This document shows positions 24,822 through 35,231 of a stretch of 64,000 nucleotides of DNA, piece after piece. Source of the DNA: Gemmatimonadaceae bacterium (GTDB lineage Bacteria > Gemmatimonadota > Gemmatimonadetes > Gemmatimonadales > Gemmatimonadaceae); the NCBI GenBank assembly GCA_040901985.1, contig JBBDYC010000007.1, positions 55,657-119,656 of the forward strand. The letters are read 5' to 3'. Within the stretch, counting starts at the first letter, position 1. Each line of letters starts with the position of its first letter. A program made the position numbers and the translations under genes. The notes under the pieces are model-generated. The model saw only the letters and a program-made list of their open reading frames with translations, was not told the origin of the DNA and did not search any database.

Positions 24822-25865
24822 ATGGCGCTTTTCGGTCGCAAGAAGACAACCGTCGGCCTCGATATCGGTTCCGGCCTGATCAAGGTCGCCGTGATCGATA
24901 ACGGCAAGTCTCCACCGGAGCTTGTGCGGGTCGCCATCGCGCCGCTCCTGGGCGGCGCGTTCGTGGTAGGGGAGATCATGGTCCCGGGAATCGTCGCCGA
25001 CGCGATCACGACCTGCCTGGAGTCGGCGGGCGTGAAGTCCAAGGACGTGGTGACCGCCGTCGGCGGCCGCGACGTGATCGTCAAGAAGATCCAGATCGAG
25101 CGCGTGAAGGAGTCGCAGGCCCGGGAGTTGATGCGCTGGGAGGCCGAGCAGCACGTGCCGTTCGATATGGAATCGGTCGAGCTCGACTTCCAGATCCTCG
25201 ATCCGGACGGGACCGACGGCGAGATGAGCGTGCTGCTCGTCGCGGCCAAGCGCGAACTGATCGAGGCGAAGGTGCGGGTCCTTGGCGATGCCGGCCTCAA
25301 CGCGGTCGCGGTGGACGTGGACGCCTTTGCCCTGCACAACGCATTCGAGCTGAATCACCCCGACGCGATGACCGGCGTGGTGGCCCTCGTGAATATCGGT
25401 CACGAGGTCACGAACGCGAACATCGTCGAGGACGGGGTGCCGATCCTGACGCGCGACATCTCGAGCGGCACGCGCCGGATGCTCGAAGACCTGCAGCGGG
25501 ACCGCGGCCTGGCGTCGGACGACGCGGCCGCCCTGCTCCAGGGATTCGACCGCTCGGAGCATCTGGACGCCGTGCTCGAGGCCCGCGGCGAGGAGATCGC
25601 CGTCGGGGTCGAGCGCGCCCTGGCCTTCCTGGCATCGGCGTCGCGGAACTCGGCGGCGGTCCAGGCGGTGTATGTCTGCGGCGGCGGCGCGCGGGTGCCC
25701 GGGCTGATTGACGTGCTCAGCGCGCGGCTCCGCGTCCCGGTCGAGGCCGCCAACCCGCTCGCCAACCTGGTCGTGCGTGACGGCGCTTTCGAGTCGCTCG
25801 TCACCGACGAGGTGGCGTCCCTGATGATGCTCCCGATCGGGCTGGCGCTTCGCCAGCCCGCCTGA
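24822..25865 (+). CDS. pilM: Type IV pilus assembly protein PilM
   Basis: VGLDIGSGLIK, EAEQHVPF, VNIG, CGGGA. Confidence 0.95.
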   Translation: MALFGRKKTTVGLDIGSGLIKVAVIDNGKSPPELVRVAIAPLLGGAFVVGEIMVPGIVADAITTCLESAGVKSKDVVTAVGGRDVIVKKIQIERVKESQARELMRWEAEQHVPFDMESVELDFQILDPDGTDGEMSVLLVAAKRELIEAKVRVLGDAGLNAVAVDVDAFALHNAFELNHPDAMTGVVALVNIGHEVTNANIVEDGVPILTRDISSGTRRMLEDLQRDRGLASDDAAALLQGFDRSEHLDAVLEARGEEIAVGVERALAFLASASRNSAAVQAVYVCGGGARVPGLIDVLSARLRVPVEAANPLANLVVRDGAFESLVTDEVASLMMLPIGLALRQPA

Positions 25866-25880
25866 GTCCCGGACGACAAG

Positions 25881-26573
25881 ATGATCGAGATCAATCTCCT
25901 TCCCGGCGCACGCAAGAAGTCGCGATCGTCGCGATCCGCGTCCCTGAACCTGGGCGCGATCTTCGCGGAGGTCAGCGCGCGCTTCAAGGATCCGTGGCTG
26001 ATTGTCGCGGTCGCGGGGGTCGCCATCGGCCTGGCGGTCTCCGGGGGGATGTTCCTCCTGCAGGGCCGCTCCGCGCGGACCCTCGCCGAGCAGGAGCGGA
26101 TCGCCGTGCAGGACTCGGCCCGTTTCGCCGACGTGCTGAAGCAGCGCACCGCCGCCGAGGCGCGACGCGACTCGATCCTCCGCCAGATGGCAGTCATCAG
26201 CGCCATTGACGGCGACCGGTTTGTCTGGCCGCACGTGATGGACGAGGTCGCCCGCGCCGTCCCGACCTACACCTGGATCCGTTCGCTGGCGCAGACGGCG
26301 GCAACGGCCCCGGTGTCGCCCGAGGCTGCCGCCGCCGGCAACGCGCCCCCGATCAACATCCGGCTGGTCGCGTACACGGTGGACTTCCAGGCGCTGACGA
26401 TCTTCATGCGCCAGTTGGAGGCGTCTCCCTTCTTCGAGAATGTGACGCTCGCCGGCAGCGAGGCCGCAGTCACCGAAGGCAAGGAGGTCACGCAGTTCGA
26501 GCTGCAGATGCGGTACTCGAAGCCCCCGCCGTCGGCCATCCGCACCGTTCCCCTTTCGATCTCGGTGAGGTAA
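25881..26573 (+). CDS. pilN: Type IV pilus assembly protein PilN
   Basis: MIEINLLP motif plus TM. Confidence 0.93.
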   Translation: MIEINLLPGARKKSRSSRSASLNLGAIFAEVSARFKDPWLIVAVAGVAIGLAVSGGMFLLQGRSARTLAEQERIAVQDSARFADVLKQRTAAEARRDSILRQMAVISAIDGDRFVWPHVMDEVARAVPTYTWIRSLAQTAATAPVSPEAAAAGNAPPINIRLVAYTVDFQALTIFMRQLEASPFFENVTLAGSEAAVTEGKEVTQFELQMRYSKPPPSAIRTVPLSISVR

Positions 26574-26576
26574 CCC

Positions 26577-27188
26577 ATGGCCGGACTGCCGCAGACCCAG
26601 CGGGACCAGATCATGCTCGTCGTGGGCATCGTCGGGCTCGCGCTCGCCGGCGCGTACTGGTACTTCCTCTACAAGCCGAAGGAGGCCGAGCTGCTCGTCA
26701 CGCGTCAGCGCCTCGAGCGGCTCGATGCGTCGAATCAGCGCGCCAAGGCGCTGCTCGCCCGCGGCACGACCGAGGAGCTGCGCGCCGAGGCCGAGGTGCT
26801 GCAGCGCAACCTGGACCTGATGCGCACGCTGATCCCGGCGGGGAACGAGGTGCCGGCGTTGCTGGAGCAGATTGTCGGTGCGGCGCGGCGGACCGGGATG
26901 CAGATCGAGAGCTTCACGCCCGGTGCGGTCGCCCAGGGCGAGATCTTCGACACCTACCGCTATCGGATGCAGATCGAGGGCAGTTACCACCAGGTCGGCG
27001 AGCTGCTGACGGCAATCGGGTCGCTGCGGCGGATCATCTCGCCGGTGAACCTGTCGTTGACGCTGGTGCAGGGTGAGCGCGGCCGCGGGCCGTCGGTCAG
27101 CGCGTCCGGCACCCAACTGCTTGCGGCGACGTTCGACATCCAGACCTACGTCGTGAAGGCCGCGCCGCCCGCCGGAGGGGCCCGATGA
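26577..27188 (+). CDS. pilO: Type IV pilus assembly protein PilO
   Basis: TM, coiled coil, IPAGNEVPALL, GSYHQVG. Confidence 0.9.
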   Translation: MAGLPQTQRDQIMLVVGIVGLALAGAYWYFLYKPKEAELLVTRQRLERLDASNQRAKALLARGTTEELRAEAEVLQRNLDLMRTLIPAGNEVPALLEQIVGAARRTGMQIESFTPGAVAQGEIFDTYRYRMQIEGSYHQVGELLTAIGSLRRIISPVNLSLTLVQGERGRGPSVSASGTQLLAATFDIQTYVVKAAPPAGGAR

Positions 27189-27645
27189 TGACCCGTCGAG
27201 TGCTGACCCTCCTGTTGCTCGTCGCCGCGATTCCGCTCCTGGTGACCGCGCAGCGCCGTCCGGCGCCTCGGCCGTGATCCCGCCACCCGAGCGCGGCCGC
27301 GACTCGGCCGGCAACATCGTGTTCCATCGCGAAGTCTATACCTACCCGCGCAGCGCGCGGCGCGACCCGTTCCAGTCACTGATCCTGAGCGGCGACATCC
27401 GTCCGCTGCTCGCCGACCTCGAGGTCGGCGGCATCATCTACGACCCGAGCGGGCGCAACTCCGTCGCGACGCTGAAGGATGTCTCGACCGGCGAGATCTA
27501 CCGCGCCCGGGTGGGCTCGGTCTTCGGCCGGCTGCGCATCACGGCCATCCGCCAGCGCGAGGTTGCGGTGGCGATTGATGAATTCGGATTCACTCGACAG
27601 GAGATCCTGTCGGTCAACGCACCAAGGGGAGCGAGGACGCCATGA
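27185..27645 (+). pseudogene. pilP: PilP-like gene with an apparent 1-nt frameshift near 27,253
   Basis: Signal peptide MMTRRVLTLLLLVAAIPLLVTAQ is out of frame with the RRDPF-containing body at 27274-27645. Confidence 0.7.
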
Positions 27646-29519
27646 GGCGATACGGGATGCTTGCCGCGACTGCGGTCGGCGCACTTCTGACGAGCGCGGC
27701 GGTGGGTGACGCCGCGCCGACGGCGCGGGCGCGCGCCGACGCCACGGTCACCGCCGTCAGCGTCGTGCCGGGCGCCGGACGCGCCGATGTGGTCCTGACC
27801 TTCGAGGGCACAATCGACGTGAGCACCTTCACGCTCGAGGCGCCCCATCGGATCGTCGTGGACCTGCAGGGCGCCACGATGCGCCTCCGCGAGCCGCGCT
27901 ACGACCGCGTGGCACGCGCCGGAATCCGGAACGTCCGCCTCGGCCAGTTCGCGCCGGACGTCGTCCGGCTCGTGCTCGACGTTGACACGCCGCGTGAATA
28001 CGAGGTGACCCGCGGCGAGGGCGAGATCCGCGTCAGCGTCCGCGGCTCCGACGACTTCGCGCCCTGGTCCACCGGCGCCGCCGCGGTCCGCGCGACGCCG
28101 GTCGCCGCCGCGCCGAGCGAACCGACCTTTGAGCCGATCCGGGTGGTGCGGCAACAGGTGCCCACCCAGCCGCGCATCTCGGTCAGCTTCCCCGGCCGCA
28201 ACATCCACGAGGTCATCGCGACCTTCGCCGATTTCTCGGGCCGGACGTTCGTCACGGGATCGTCAGTCACCGGGACGGTGCACGCCGACATCGTGAACCA
28301 GCCCTGGGATGTCGCGCTCAGCAAGATCCTGCAACAGAGCGGGCTCCAGGCGACCGAGGATTCCACCGGCATCATCACCATTGACAGCTACGCGAATCTT
28401 TCCCGGCGCGTCGCCGCGGAGCCGCTCGTCACCCAGCTGGTGGTGATCAACTATGCCAAGGCCTCGGCGCTCGCCGGGACCATCCGCCAGCTGATCGCGG
28501 CCTGTTCCTCGGGGTCGGCGGGCGCCGAGGCCGTGGTCGTGGACGCGGCCGCGGCGCCGGTCGAGGGCGGTGCCCCGGCGGCGGGGGCGGGGCCGGCACC
28601 GACGACCACGACCTGCGGCCGCGGCGTCGTGACCTTCGAGGAGAAGACCAACACCCTCCTCATCACCGAGACCGTCTCGCGGCTCCCCGAGATCGTCAGC
28701 TACGTCCGCGACCTCGATGTCCGCACGCCGCAGGTCGCCATCAAGGCGAAGATCATCGCGGTGGACCGCACCGCCACCGAGGAGCTCGGCCTCAGCTACG
28801 AGATCGGGAGCCCGACCAACTACAGCAACACGCTCATCCCGCGCGGCACGCCGGGTGAGTTCCAGATTGACCTCGGGGGCGACGCCTTCATCGGCGTGGC
28901 GAATGCCAACCGCACCTTCGGCTCGACCGGCGCCCTCTCGCTCATCTACAACACCGTGATCGGCGGCAACAACCTCGCCGCCTTCCTCGACGCGCTCAGC
29001 TCGGAGCAGCTCTCCGACGTCCAGGCCGAGCCGAGCACCACGACGATTGACAACCGCAAGGCGTCGCTCTTTGCCGGCACCGAGATTGCGTTCCTCCTGA
29101 CGCCGCCCGCCGTCCCGGGGCAGATCCAGGCAATCGCACCGGTCATCCAGCGGCAGAAGATCGGCATCACGCTCGAAGTGACGCCGCACGTGACCGCCAA
29201 TCGCCAGGTCTCGATGGAGATCTCGGCGTCGCAGCAGTCGTTGCTTGGCATCACGGTCGCCGGCCCCGAGATCAGCGAGCGCACCGCCAGGAACGAGGTG
29301 CTCGTCGGTGACGGCGAGACGGCGGTGATTGCCGGCCTCACGCAGACGCAGGTCACGCGGGTCAAGCGCGGCGTCCCGATCCTGATGCGCCTGCCGATCA
29401 TCGGCCGGCTCTTCAGCGAGACCAGCGTCATCGAGCGGAAGCAGGACCTGCTGATCCTCGTCACGCCGCACATCGTGGACGAGGGCGAGGTCGTGCGGAG
29501 CACGCCGCCGACGCCGTAA
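27642..29519 (+). CDS. pilQ: Type IV pilus secretin
   Basis: AMIN-like N-terminus, PQVAIKAKII, GITLEVTPHV, LLILVTPHIV. Confidence 0.95.
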   Translation: MRRYGMLAATAVGALLTSAAVGDAAPTARARADATVTAVSVVPGAGRADVVLTFEGTIDVSTFTLEAPHRIVVDLQGATMRLREPRYDRVARAGIRNVRLGQFAPDVVRLVLDVDTPREYEVTRGEGEIRVSVRGSDDFAPWSTGAAAVRATPVAAAPSEPTFEPIRVVRQQVPTQPRISVSFPGRNIHEVIATFADFSGRTFVTGSSVTGTVHADIVNQPWDVALSKILQQSGLQATEDSTGIITIDSYANLSRRVAAEPLVTQLVVINYAKASALAGTIRQLIAACSSGSAGAEAVVVDAAAAPVEGGAPAAGAGPAPTTTTCGRGVVTFEEKTNTLLITETVSRLPEIVSYVRDLDVRTPQVAIKAKIIAVDRTATEELGLSYEIGSPTNYSNTLIPRGTPGEFQIDLGGDAFIGVANANRTFGSTGALSLIYNTVIGGNNLAAFLDALSSEQLSDVQAEPSTTTIDNRKASLFAGTEIAFLLTPPAVPGQIQAIAPVIQRQKIGITLEVTPHVTANRQVSMEISASQQSLLGITVAGPEISERTARNEVLVGDGETAVIAGLTQTQVTRVKRGVPILMRLPIIGRLFSETSVIERKQDLLILVTPHIVDEGEVVRSTPPTP

Positions 29520-29556
29520 CGGCAGGCGTAACGTGTGAGGGGCAGGGTGTAAGGGG

Positions 29557-29595
29557 GGGCGCCCGGCGGATATCTTCCGTCGGGCGCCCTTCTTT
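29557..29595 (+). terminator. Rho-independent terminator after pilQ
   Basis: GGGCGCCCGGCGGA / TCCGTCGGGCGCCC stem followed by TTCTTT. Confidence 0.7.
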
Positions 29596-29636
29596 GCCTC
29601 CGCGCCCTCCCACCTCACCCATCCCACCTCACCCTT

Positions 29637-30833
29637 GTGTCCCTGAGCTTCCGCACCGCCGGCGAGTCGCACGGCCCCGCCCTGATTGCCCTCGTCGAGG
29701 GCGCGCCGGCGGGGCTGCCACTGCTCGCCGACGATGTGGACCGGGAGTTGGCGCGCCGGCAGCAGGGGTACGGCCGCGGCCGGCGGATGCAAATCGAGCA
29801 CGACCGCGTCGAGTTCCTCGGCGGTGTCCGCGCCGGCGAGACCATCGGCTCGCCGATCGCGATGCTCATCCGCAATCGCGACTGGGCCAACTGGCAGGCC
29901 ATCATGGATCCGGCACCGCGCCCGGAGGACGACACGTCTGAGGGGCGCAAGCGCCAGGTCACGCGCGTCCGGCCCGGCCACGCCGATCTCACCGGGCTCC
30001 TCAAGTTCGACCGTGACGACGCACGCGACATCCTCGAGCGCGCCTCGGCGCGCGAGACGACCGCCCGCGTTGCCGCCGGTGCCGTCGCCAAACGGCTGCT
30101 CGCCGAGTTCGGCGTGCGGATCGGCAGCCACCTGGTTCACCTCGGCGGCGTGGACGCCGCGCGTCCGGCGACGATGCCCGAGCACATCAATGCGGTCGCC
30201 GACGCCTCGGCGCTCCGCTGCCTCGACCCCAAGGCCGAGACGGAGATGGTCGCCCGCATTGACGCCGCAAAGGCCGACGGCAACACGCTGGGCGGGATCT
30301 GCGAGGTCGTGGTGGATGGACTCCCGGTGGGCCTCGGCGCGCACGTCGCGTGGGACCGCAAGCTCGACGGGCGGCTCGCCGCCGCGATCTGTTCCATCCC
30401 AGCCGTGAAGGGTGTCGAGATGGGCCTCGGCTTTGCCGCCGCGCGCCTCACCGGAGCCGAGGTCCACGACGAGATCGAGCCGGCCCCGGGGCATCCCCGC
30501 ACCGGCAACGTGCGGCGGCGCACCAACCGCGCCGGTGGCCTCGAGGGCGGGATGACCACCGGCGAGCCCCTCGTGCTTCGGGTGGCCATGAAGCCGATCT
30601 CGACGCTGATGAAGCCGCTCGACACCGTGGACACGCGCACCGGCGCCAGCGCCTCCGCGGCCGCCGAGCGGTCCGACGTCACCGCCGTGCCGGCGATGGG
30701 CGTGATCGCCGAGGCGATGGCTGCACTCGTGCTCGCCGACGCGCTCCTCGAGAAGTTCGGCGGCGACTCCCTGCGCGAGACGCGGCGCAACCACGACGCG
30801 TACCTCGCGCGCGTGGCCGAGCGCCTCGGCTAA
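29637..30833 (+). CDS. aroC: Chorismate synthase
   Basis: TAGESHG, RPGHADL, ERASARET, MKPIST, RSD. Confidence 0.97.
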   Translation: MSLSFRTAGESHGPALIALVEGAPAGLPLLADDVDRELARRQQGYGRGRRMQIEHDRVEFLGGVRAGETIGSPIAMLIRNRDWANWQAIMDPAPRPEDDTSEGRKRQVTRVRPGHADLTGLLKFDRDDARDILERASARETTARVAAGAVAKRLLAEFGVRIGSHLVHLGGVDAARPATMPEHINAVADASALRCLDPKAETEMVARIDAAKADGNTLGGICEVVVDGLPVGLGAHVAWDRKLDGRLAAAICSIPAVKGVEMGLGFAAARLTGAEVHDEIEPAPGHPRTGNVRRRTNRAGGLEGGMTTGEPLVLRVAMKPISTLMKPLDTVDTRTGASASAAAERSDVTAVPAMGVIAEAMAALVLADALLEKFGGDSLRETRRNHDAYLARVAERLG

Positions 30834-30841
30834 GCGGCGCC

Positions 30842-31369
30842 GTGGGCGCGCCCAGGCGGGTCGTCCTCGTCGGCCTTCCGGGCGCAGGGAAGAGCACCGT
30901 GGGCGCGCTCGTCGCCGCCCGGCTCGGCTGGCGCTTCGTGGATCTCGACGCCGAGATCGAGCGCGCGGCGGGTCGCACGGTGGCGCAGATCTTTGCCGAC
31001 GACGGCGAGTCAGGCTTCCGGCTTCTCGAGCGGGAGGCCACAATCGCGCTGCGGGGCCAAGACGGCCTCGTGCTGGCGCCGGGAGGGGGGTGGGCGGCCG
31101 TGTACGCCAACCGGGAGGCCCTCGGCGAGGGGGCGACGCTTGTGTACCTCCAGGCGACACCAGCGACCGCGGCGCGCCGATTGGCCGCGGCGCCTGGCGT
31201 CCGGCCACTGGTCGCCGGGCCCGATCCAGAAGCCGAGCTGGAAAAAATTCTCGCCGCCCGGGCGCCGAGCTATCTGCAAGCGAATCATACGGTTACGGTA
31301 GATTCGATGTCCGCGGACGACGTGGCCTCTATTATAGTTGCGCTTGTTTTGGGGGATGTGCAGGACTAG
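30842..31369 (+). CDS. aroK: Shikimate kinase
   Basis: GLPGAGKSTVG, DLD, GESGFR, GGG, RPL. Confidence 0.93.
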   Translation: MGAPRRVVLVGLPGAGKSTVGALVAARLGWRFVDLDAEIERAAGRTVAQIFADDGESGFRLLEREATIALRGQDGLVLAPGGGWAAVYANREALGEGATLVYLQATPATAARRLAAAPGVRPLVAGPDPEAELEKILAARAPSYLQANHTVTVDSMSADDVASIIVALVLGDVQD

Positions 31370-31406
31370 GATGCCCTCCCTGCGCCGGGAACCCCTTCAA
31401 TAAGCA

Positions 31407-33866
31407 ATGGCCACGAAGAAGCGTCCGACCGCCAAGAAGGCGGCCAAGAAGAAGAAGACGACCGCCAAGGCAACCGCCAAGACGACCGTCAAAACGACCG
31501 CCAAGACGACCGCGCCCAAGGCGGCCAAGCGGCGCGTCCCGGTCGAGGCGGAGCTCCCCCACGACGAGGAGGCGGCGCGGTCGGCGGCCGGCAAGTCGCT
31601 GGTCATCGTCGAGTCGCCGGCCAAGGCCAAGACCATCGGCAAGTACCTCGGCTCGGCCTACGCGGTGAAGGCGACAGTGGGGCATATCCGCGACCTGCCC
31701 GTCAAGCAGATCGGCATCGACACCGAGCACGGGTTCGAGCCGATGTACGTGACGATCCCGGGGAAGGAGAAGACGGTCGCCGAGTTGAAGGGCGCGGCGA
31801 AGACCGCCAAGGCCGTCTACATCGCAACCGACCCGGACCGCGAGGGCGAGGCGATCGCCTGGCACGTCGAGCAGCAGATCAAGGGAAAGTCGGCACCGCC
31901 GATCCGGCGCGCGCTGTTCTTCGAGATCACCAAGGAGGCCGTGGCCAAGGCGCTCGGCGACGCGCGGGCGATTGATTCGCGGAAGGTGGACGCGCAGCAG
32001 GCGCGCCGGATCCTCGACCGTCTCGTCGGCTACAAGGCGAGCCCCGTGCTTTGGAAGACCGTCAAGAAGGGACTCTCCGCCGGCCGCGTGCAGACCGTGG
32101 CGCTCCGCCTTCTCGTCGAGCGCGAGCGCGAGATCCGCGCCTTCGTGCCGCGCGAGTACTGGACGATTGCTGCCCAGCTTGAACACGAAGGGCAGGCGTT
32201 CACCGCCAAGCTCCATCATCTCGACGGCGAGAAGCCCGACATCCCCAACGAGAAGTCGGCGCAGGCCATACTCGCCGACCTCAAGGGGCGCACGCACTTC
32301 GACGTCACCGACATCAAGCGGCGTGAGCGGCGCAAGAATCCCGAGGCGCCGTTCAAGACCTCCACGTTGCAGCAGGAGGCGGCCAAGAAGCTCGGCTTCG
32401 GGTCCAAGCGGACGATGCGGCTGGCGCAGAACCTCTACGAAGGCGTCCAGCTCTCGGCGGCCGAGGGTGCCGTCGGCCTCATCACCTATATGCGCACCGA
32501 CCACGTGCGGGTCGCCGACTCGGCCGCCGCCGCCGCGCGCGCGTTTCTCGGCGCGCAATTCGGCACGGCCTTCCTCTCCGACGCACCGCGACTCTTCCCG
32601 GCCGGCAAGGACGACGCCACGCAGGGCGCGCACGAGGGCATCCGGCCCACCGACCCATCGCGCACGCCGGACAGCGTGGCGAGGTACCTCTCGGCGGACC
32701 AGCTCAAGCTCTACACGCTCATCTGGCAGCGCTTTATGGCGTCGCAGATGGCGCCGGCGGTCTTCGACACGACGACGGTGGACTTTGACCTCGGCCGCTA
32801 CCTGTTCCGCGCCACCGGATCGGTCGTGAAGTTCCAGGGGTTCCTTGCGCTGTACAAGGAGACGCGCGAGGAGGGCGACTCCAAGGCGCTCGAGGACGAG
32901 CAGGCGCTCCCGGCCATCGAACCCGGCGAGCACGCCCCCGTCCGCTCGATAGACCCGAGCCAGCACTTCACCGAGCCGCCGCCGCGCTACTCCGAGGCCT
33001 CGCTCGTCAAGGAGCTGGAGAAGCGCGGCATTGGGCGACCGTCCACCTACGCCTCCATCATCTCCACGCTCACCGAGCGGCACTACGCCGAACTGCAGCA
33101 GCGTCGCTTCTTCCCCACGCCGCTCGGCGAGTCGGTGGAGAAGGTGATGGTGAAGCAGTTCCCGCGGGAGTTCGACGTCGGCTTCACGGCCGAGATGGAA
33201 CTCGAGCTCGACCAGGTCGAGGACGGGCGGAAGGCGTGGCGCGACGTGCTCAAGGCGTTCTGGACGCCGTTCGAGAAGTCGCTCGGGTCGGTGGACGCCG
33301 AGGCGCTGATCCGCGAGGCCTACGACCTCTCGGCGCTCGAAACCGAGGTCTGCCCGATTGACGGCGCCAAGCTCGTCCCCAAGGGCGGGTTCTTCGGCCC
33401 GTTCGTGGCCTGCGTGAACCACCCCAAGAGCTGCACCTTCACCCGCCCGCTCAAGGGAAAGAAGGAGCCGCCGGTGATGACGAAATACCTCTGCCCACTC
33501 TGTGGCCAGCCGATGGTCGTCCGGCGCTCGCGCTCCGGCGAGTTCCTGGGCTGCTCCACATTCCCCAAGTGCAAGGGCACGCGGTCAATGCCCACCGGCG
33601 TGCTCTGTCCGAAGGACGGTGGCGACATCGCCGCCCGCCGCTCGAAGAAGCGCGGCAAGGCGTTCTACGGCTGCGAGAACTATCCCAATTGCGATTTTGT
33701 CTGCTGGGACAAGCCGGTGGCGGAGAAGTGTCCCGACTGCGGCAACATCGGTGCCGAGGCCAAGAGCACCAAGACGCGCGGCCACTTCCGCCGTTGCCTC
33801 AAGTGCCAGAACGAGTGGGACGTCCGGGCGCCGGACGCCGCGGAGGCGGAGGTCGTGCACGCGTGA
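31407..33866 (+). CDS. topA: DNA topoisomerase I
   Basis: IVESPAKAKTI, DPDREGE, SAGRVQ, ITYMRTD, C-terminal Zn ribbons. Confidence 0.97.
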   Translation: MATKKRPTAKKAAKKKKTTAKATAKTTVKTTAKTTAPKAAKRRVPVEAELPHDEEAARSAAGKSLVIVESPAKAKTIGKYLGSAYAVKATVGHIRDLPVKQIGIDTEHGFEPMYVTIPGKEKTVAELKGAAKTAKAVYIATDPDREGEAIAWHVEQQIKGKSAPPIRRALFFEITKEAVAKALGDARAIDSRKVDAQQARRILDRLVGYKASPVLWKTVKKGLSAGRVQTVALRLLVEREREIRAFVPREYWTIAAQLEHEGQAFTAKLHHLDGEKPDIPNEKSAQAILADLKGRTHFDVTDIKRRERRKNPEAPFKTSTLQQEAAKKLGFGSKRTMRLAQNLYEGVQLSAAEGAVGLITYMRTDHVRVADSAAAAARAFLGAQFGTAFLSDAPRLFPAGKDDATQGAHEGIRPTDPSRTPDSVARYLSADQLKLYTLIWQRFMASQMAPAVFDTTTVDFDLGRYLFRATGSVVKFQGFLALYKETREEGDSKALEDEQALPAIEPGEHAPVRSIDPSQHFTEPPPRYSEASLVKELEKRGIGRPSTYASIISTLTERHYAELQQRRFFPTPLGESVEKVMVKQFPREFDVGFTAEMELELDQVEDGRKAWRDVLKAFWTPFEKSLGSVDAEALIREAYDLSALETEVCPIDGAKLVPKGGFFGPFVACVNHPKSCTFTRPLKGKKEPPVMTKYLCPLCGQPMVVRRSRSGEFLGCSTFPKCKGTRSMPTGVLCPKDGGDIAARRSKKRGKAFYGCENYPNCDFVCWDKPVAEKCPDCGNIGAEAKSTKTRGHFRRCLKCQNEWDVRAPDAAEAEVVHA

Positions 33867-35227
33867 GCGACCCGCCGCGCCGCGCCGTACACGTCGTCGG
33901 AGGCGGCCTTGCCGGGAGCGAGGCCGCCTTTCAGTTGGCGGAGCGCGGCCACGACGTCGTGCTCCACGAGATGCGTCCCGTGCGCGGCACGCCCGCGCAC
34001 CGCACGGACCGTCTCGCCGAGCTTGTCTGCTCCAACACCTTCAAGAGCACCGACGTCACCAACGCGCACGGGCTCCTCAAGGCGGAGATGCGCGCCCTCG
34101 GATCAATTGTGCTCGAGGCGGCCGACGCCGCGCGCATCCCAGCGGGCACCGCGCTCGCGGTGGACCGCGACATTTTCGCCGCCGGCGTCCAGGAGCGCGT
34201 GCAGGCGCACCCCCGCATCACCGTCGTGCGCGAGGAAGTGCGGGAGTTGCCGGACGTCGGCGTCGTCGCCACCGGCCCGCTGACGAGCGACGCGCTGGCC
34301 GAGGCCATCGCCGCGCGGATCGGCGTGAACGCACTCGCCTTCTATGACGCAATCGCCCCGGTGGTCGCCGACGAATCCATTGACCGGACGCTCGCTTTCC
34401 GTGCCGCGCGGTGGAACAAGGAGACGATGGCCGACGCGGGCGACGAGGGCGCATACCTCAACTGCGCGATGGACCGCGAGCAGTACGACGCGTTCATCGC
34501 CGCGCTGACGACCGCCGATCAGTACGCGTCGCACGAGTTCGAGGACGTGCCGTACTTCGAGGGGTGCATGCCGATCGAGGAGATGGCCAGGCGCGGGCCG
34601 GAGACGCTGCGTCACGGGCCGATGCGCCCGGTTGGCCTGCGCGACCCGCGGACGGGGAAGCGGCCCTGGGCGGTCGTCCAGCTCCGCCAGGAGGATCGCG
34701 CCGGACGGATGTGGAACCTCGTGGGCTTCCAGACGCGGCTCCGCTATCCCGACCAGGCGAAGGTCTTCCGGATGATTCCCGGGCTCGGCGCCGCAGAGTT
34801 CCTCCGCTTCGGGAGCATCCACCGCAACTCGTACCTCAACGCGCCGGCCGCACTCAGCCCGCACCTCGCGCTCCGCGACCGGCCGACCACGCTCTTCGCC
34901 GGGCAACTGACCGGCGTCGAGGGGTACACCGAGAGCACGGCCACGGGGCTGCTCGCGGCAATCAATCTCGATCGCCTCCTGCGCGGCGACTCGCCGGTGA
35001 TCCCGCCCCCGACCACGATGCTCGGCGCGCTCTACCGATACCTCCGCGAGGCGGACCCCACGCACTTCCAGCCGATGAACGCCAACTTCGGCCTGCTCGA
35101 GGAGCTTCCCGACGCGCCGCGGGACAAGGTCGTGAAGCGCCAGCGGTATGCCGAGCGCGCGTTACTGGCAATGGAGTCGTTTCGTCAGGAGTATGGCATC
35201 GTGCACATTCCCGCCGCCCTAGGGTGA
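33863..35227 (+). CDS. trmFO: FAD/folate tRNA m5U54 methyltransferase
   Basis: GGGLAGSEAA, ELVCSN, YFEGCMPIE, GVEGY, PMNANFG. Confidence 0.96.
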   Translation: MSDPPRRAVHVVGGGLAGSEAAFQLAERGHDVVLHEMRPVRGTPAHRTDRLAELVCSNTFKSTDVTNAHGLLKAEMRALGSIVLEAADAARIPAGTALAVDRDIFAAGVQERVQAHPRITVVREEVRELPDVGVVATGPLTSDALAEAIAARIGVNALAFYDAIAPVVADESIDRTLAFRAARWNKETMADAGDEGAYLNCAMDREQYDAFIAALTTADQYASHEFEDVPYFEGCMPIEEMARRGPETLRHGPMRPVGLRDPRTGKRPWAVVQLRQEDRAGRMWNLVGFQTRLRYPDQAKVFRMIPGLGAAEFLRFGSIHRNSYLNAPAALSPHLALRDRPTTLFAGQLTGVEGYTESTATGLLAAINLDRLLRGDSPVIPPPTTMLGALYRYLREADPTHFQPMNANFGLLEELPDAPRDKVVKRQRYAERALLAMESFRQEYGIVHIPAALG

Positions 35228-35231
35228 TTAA

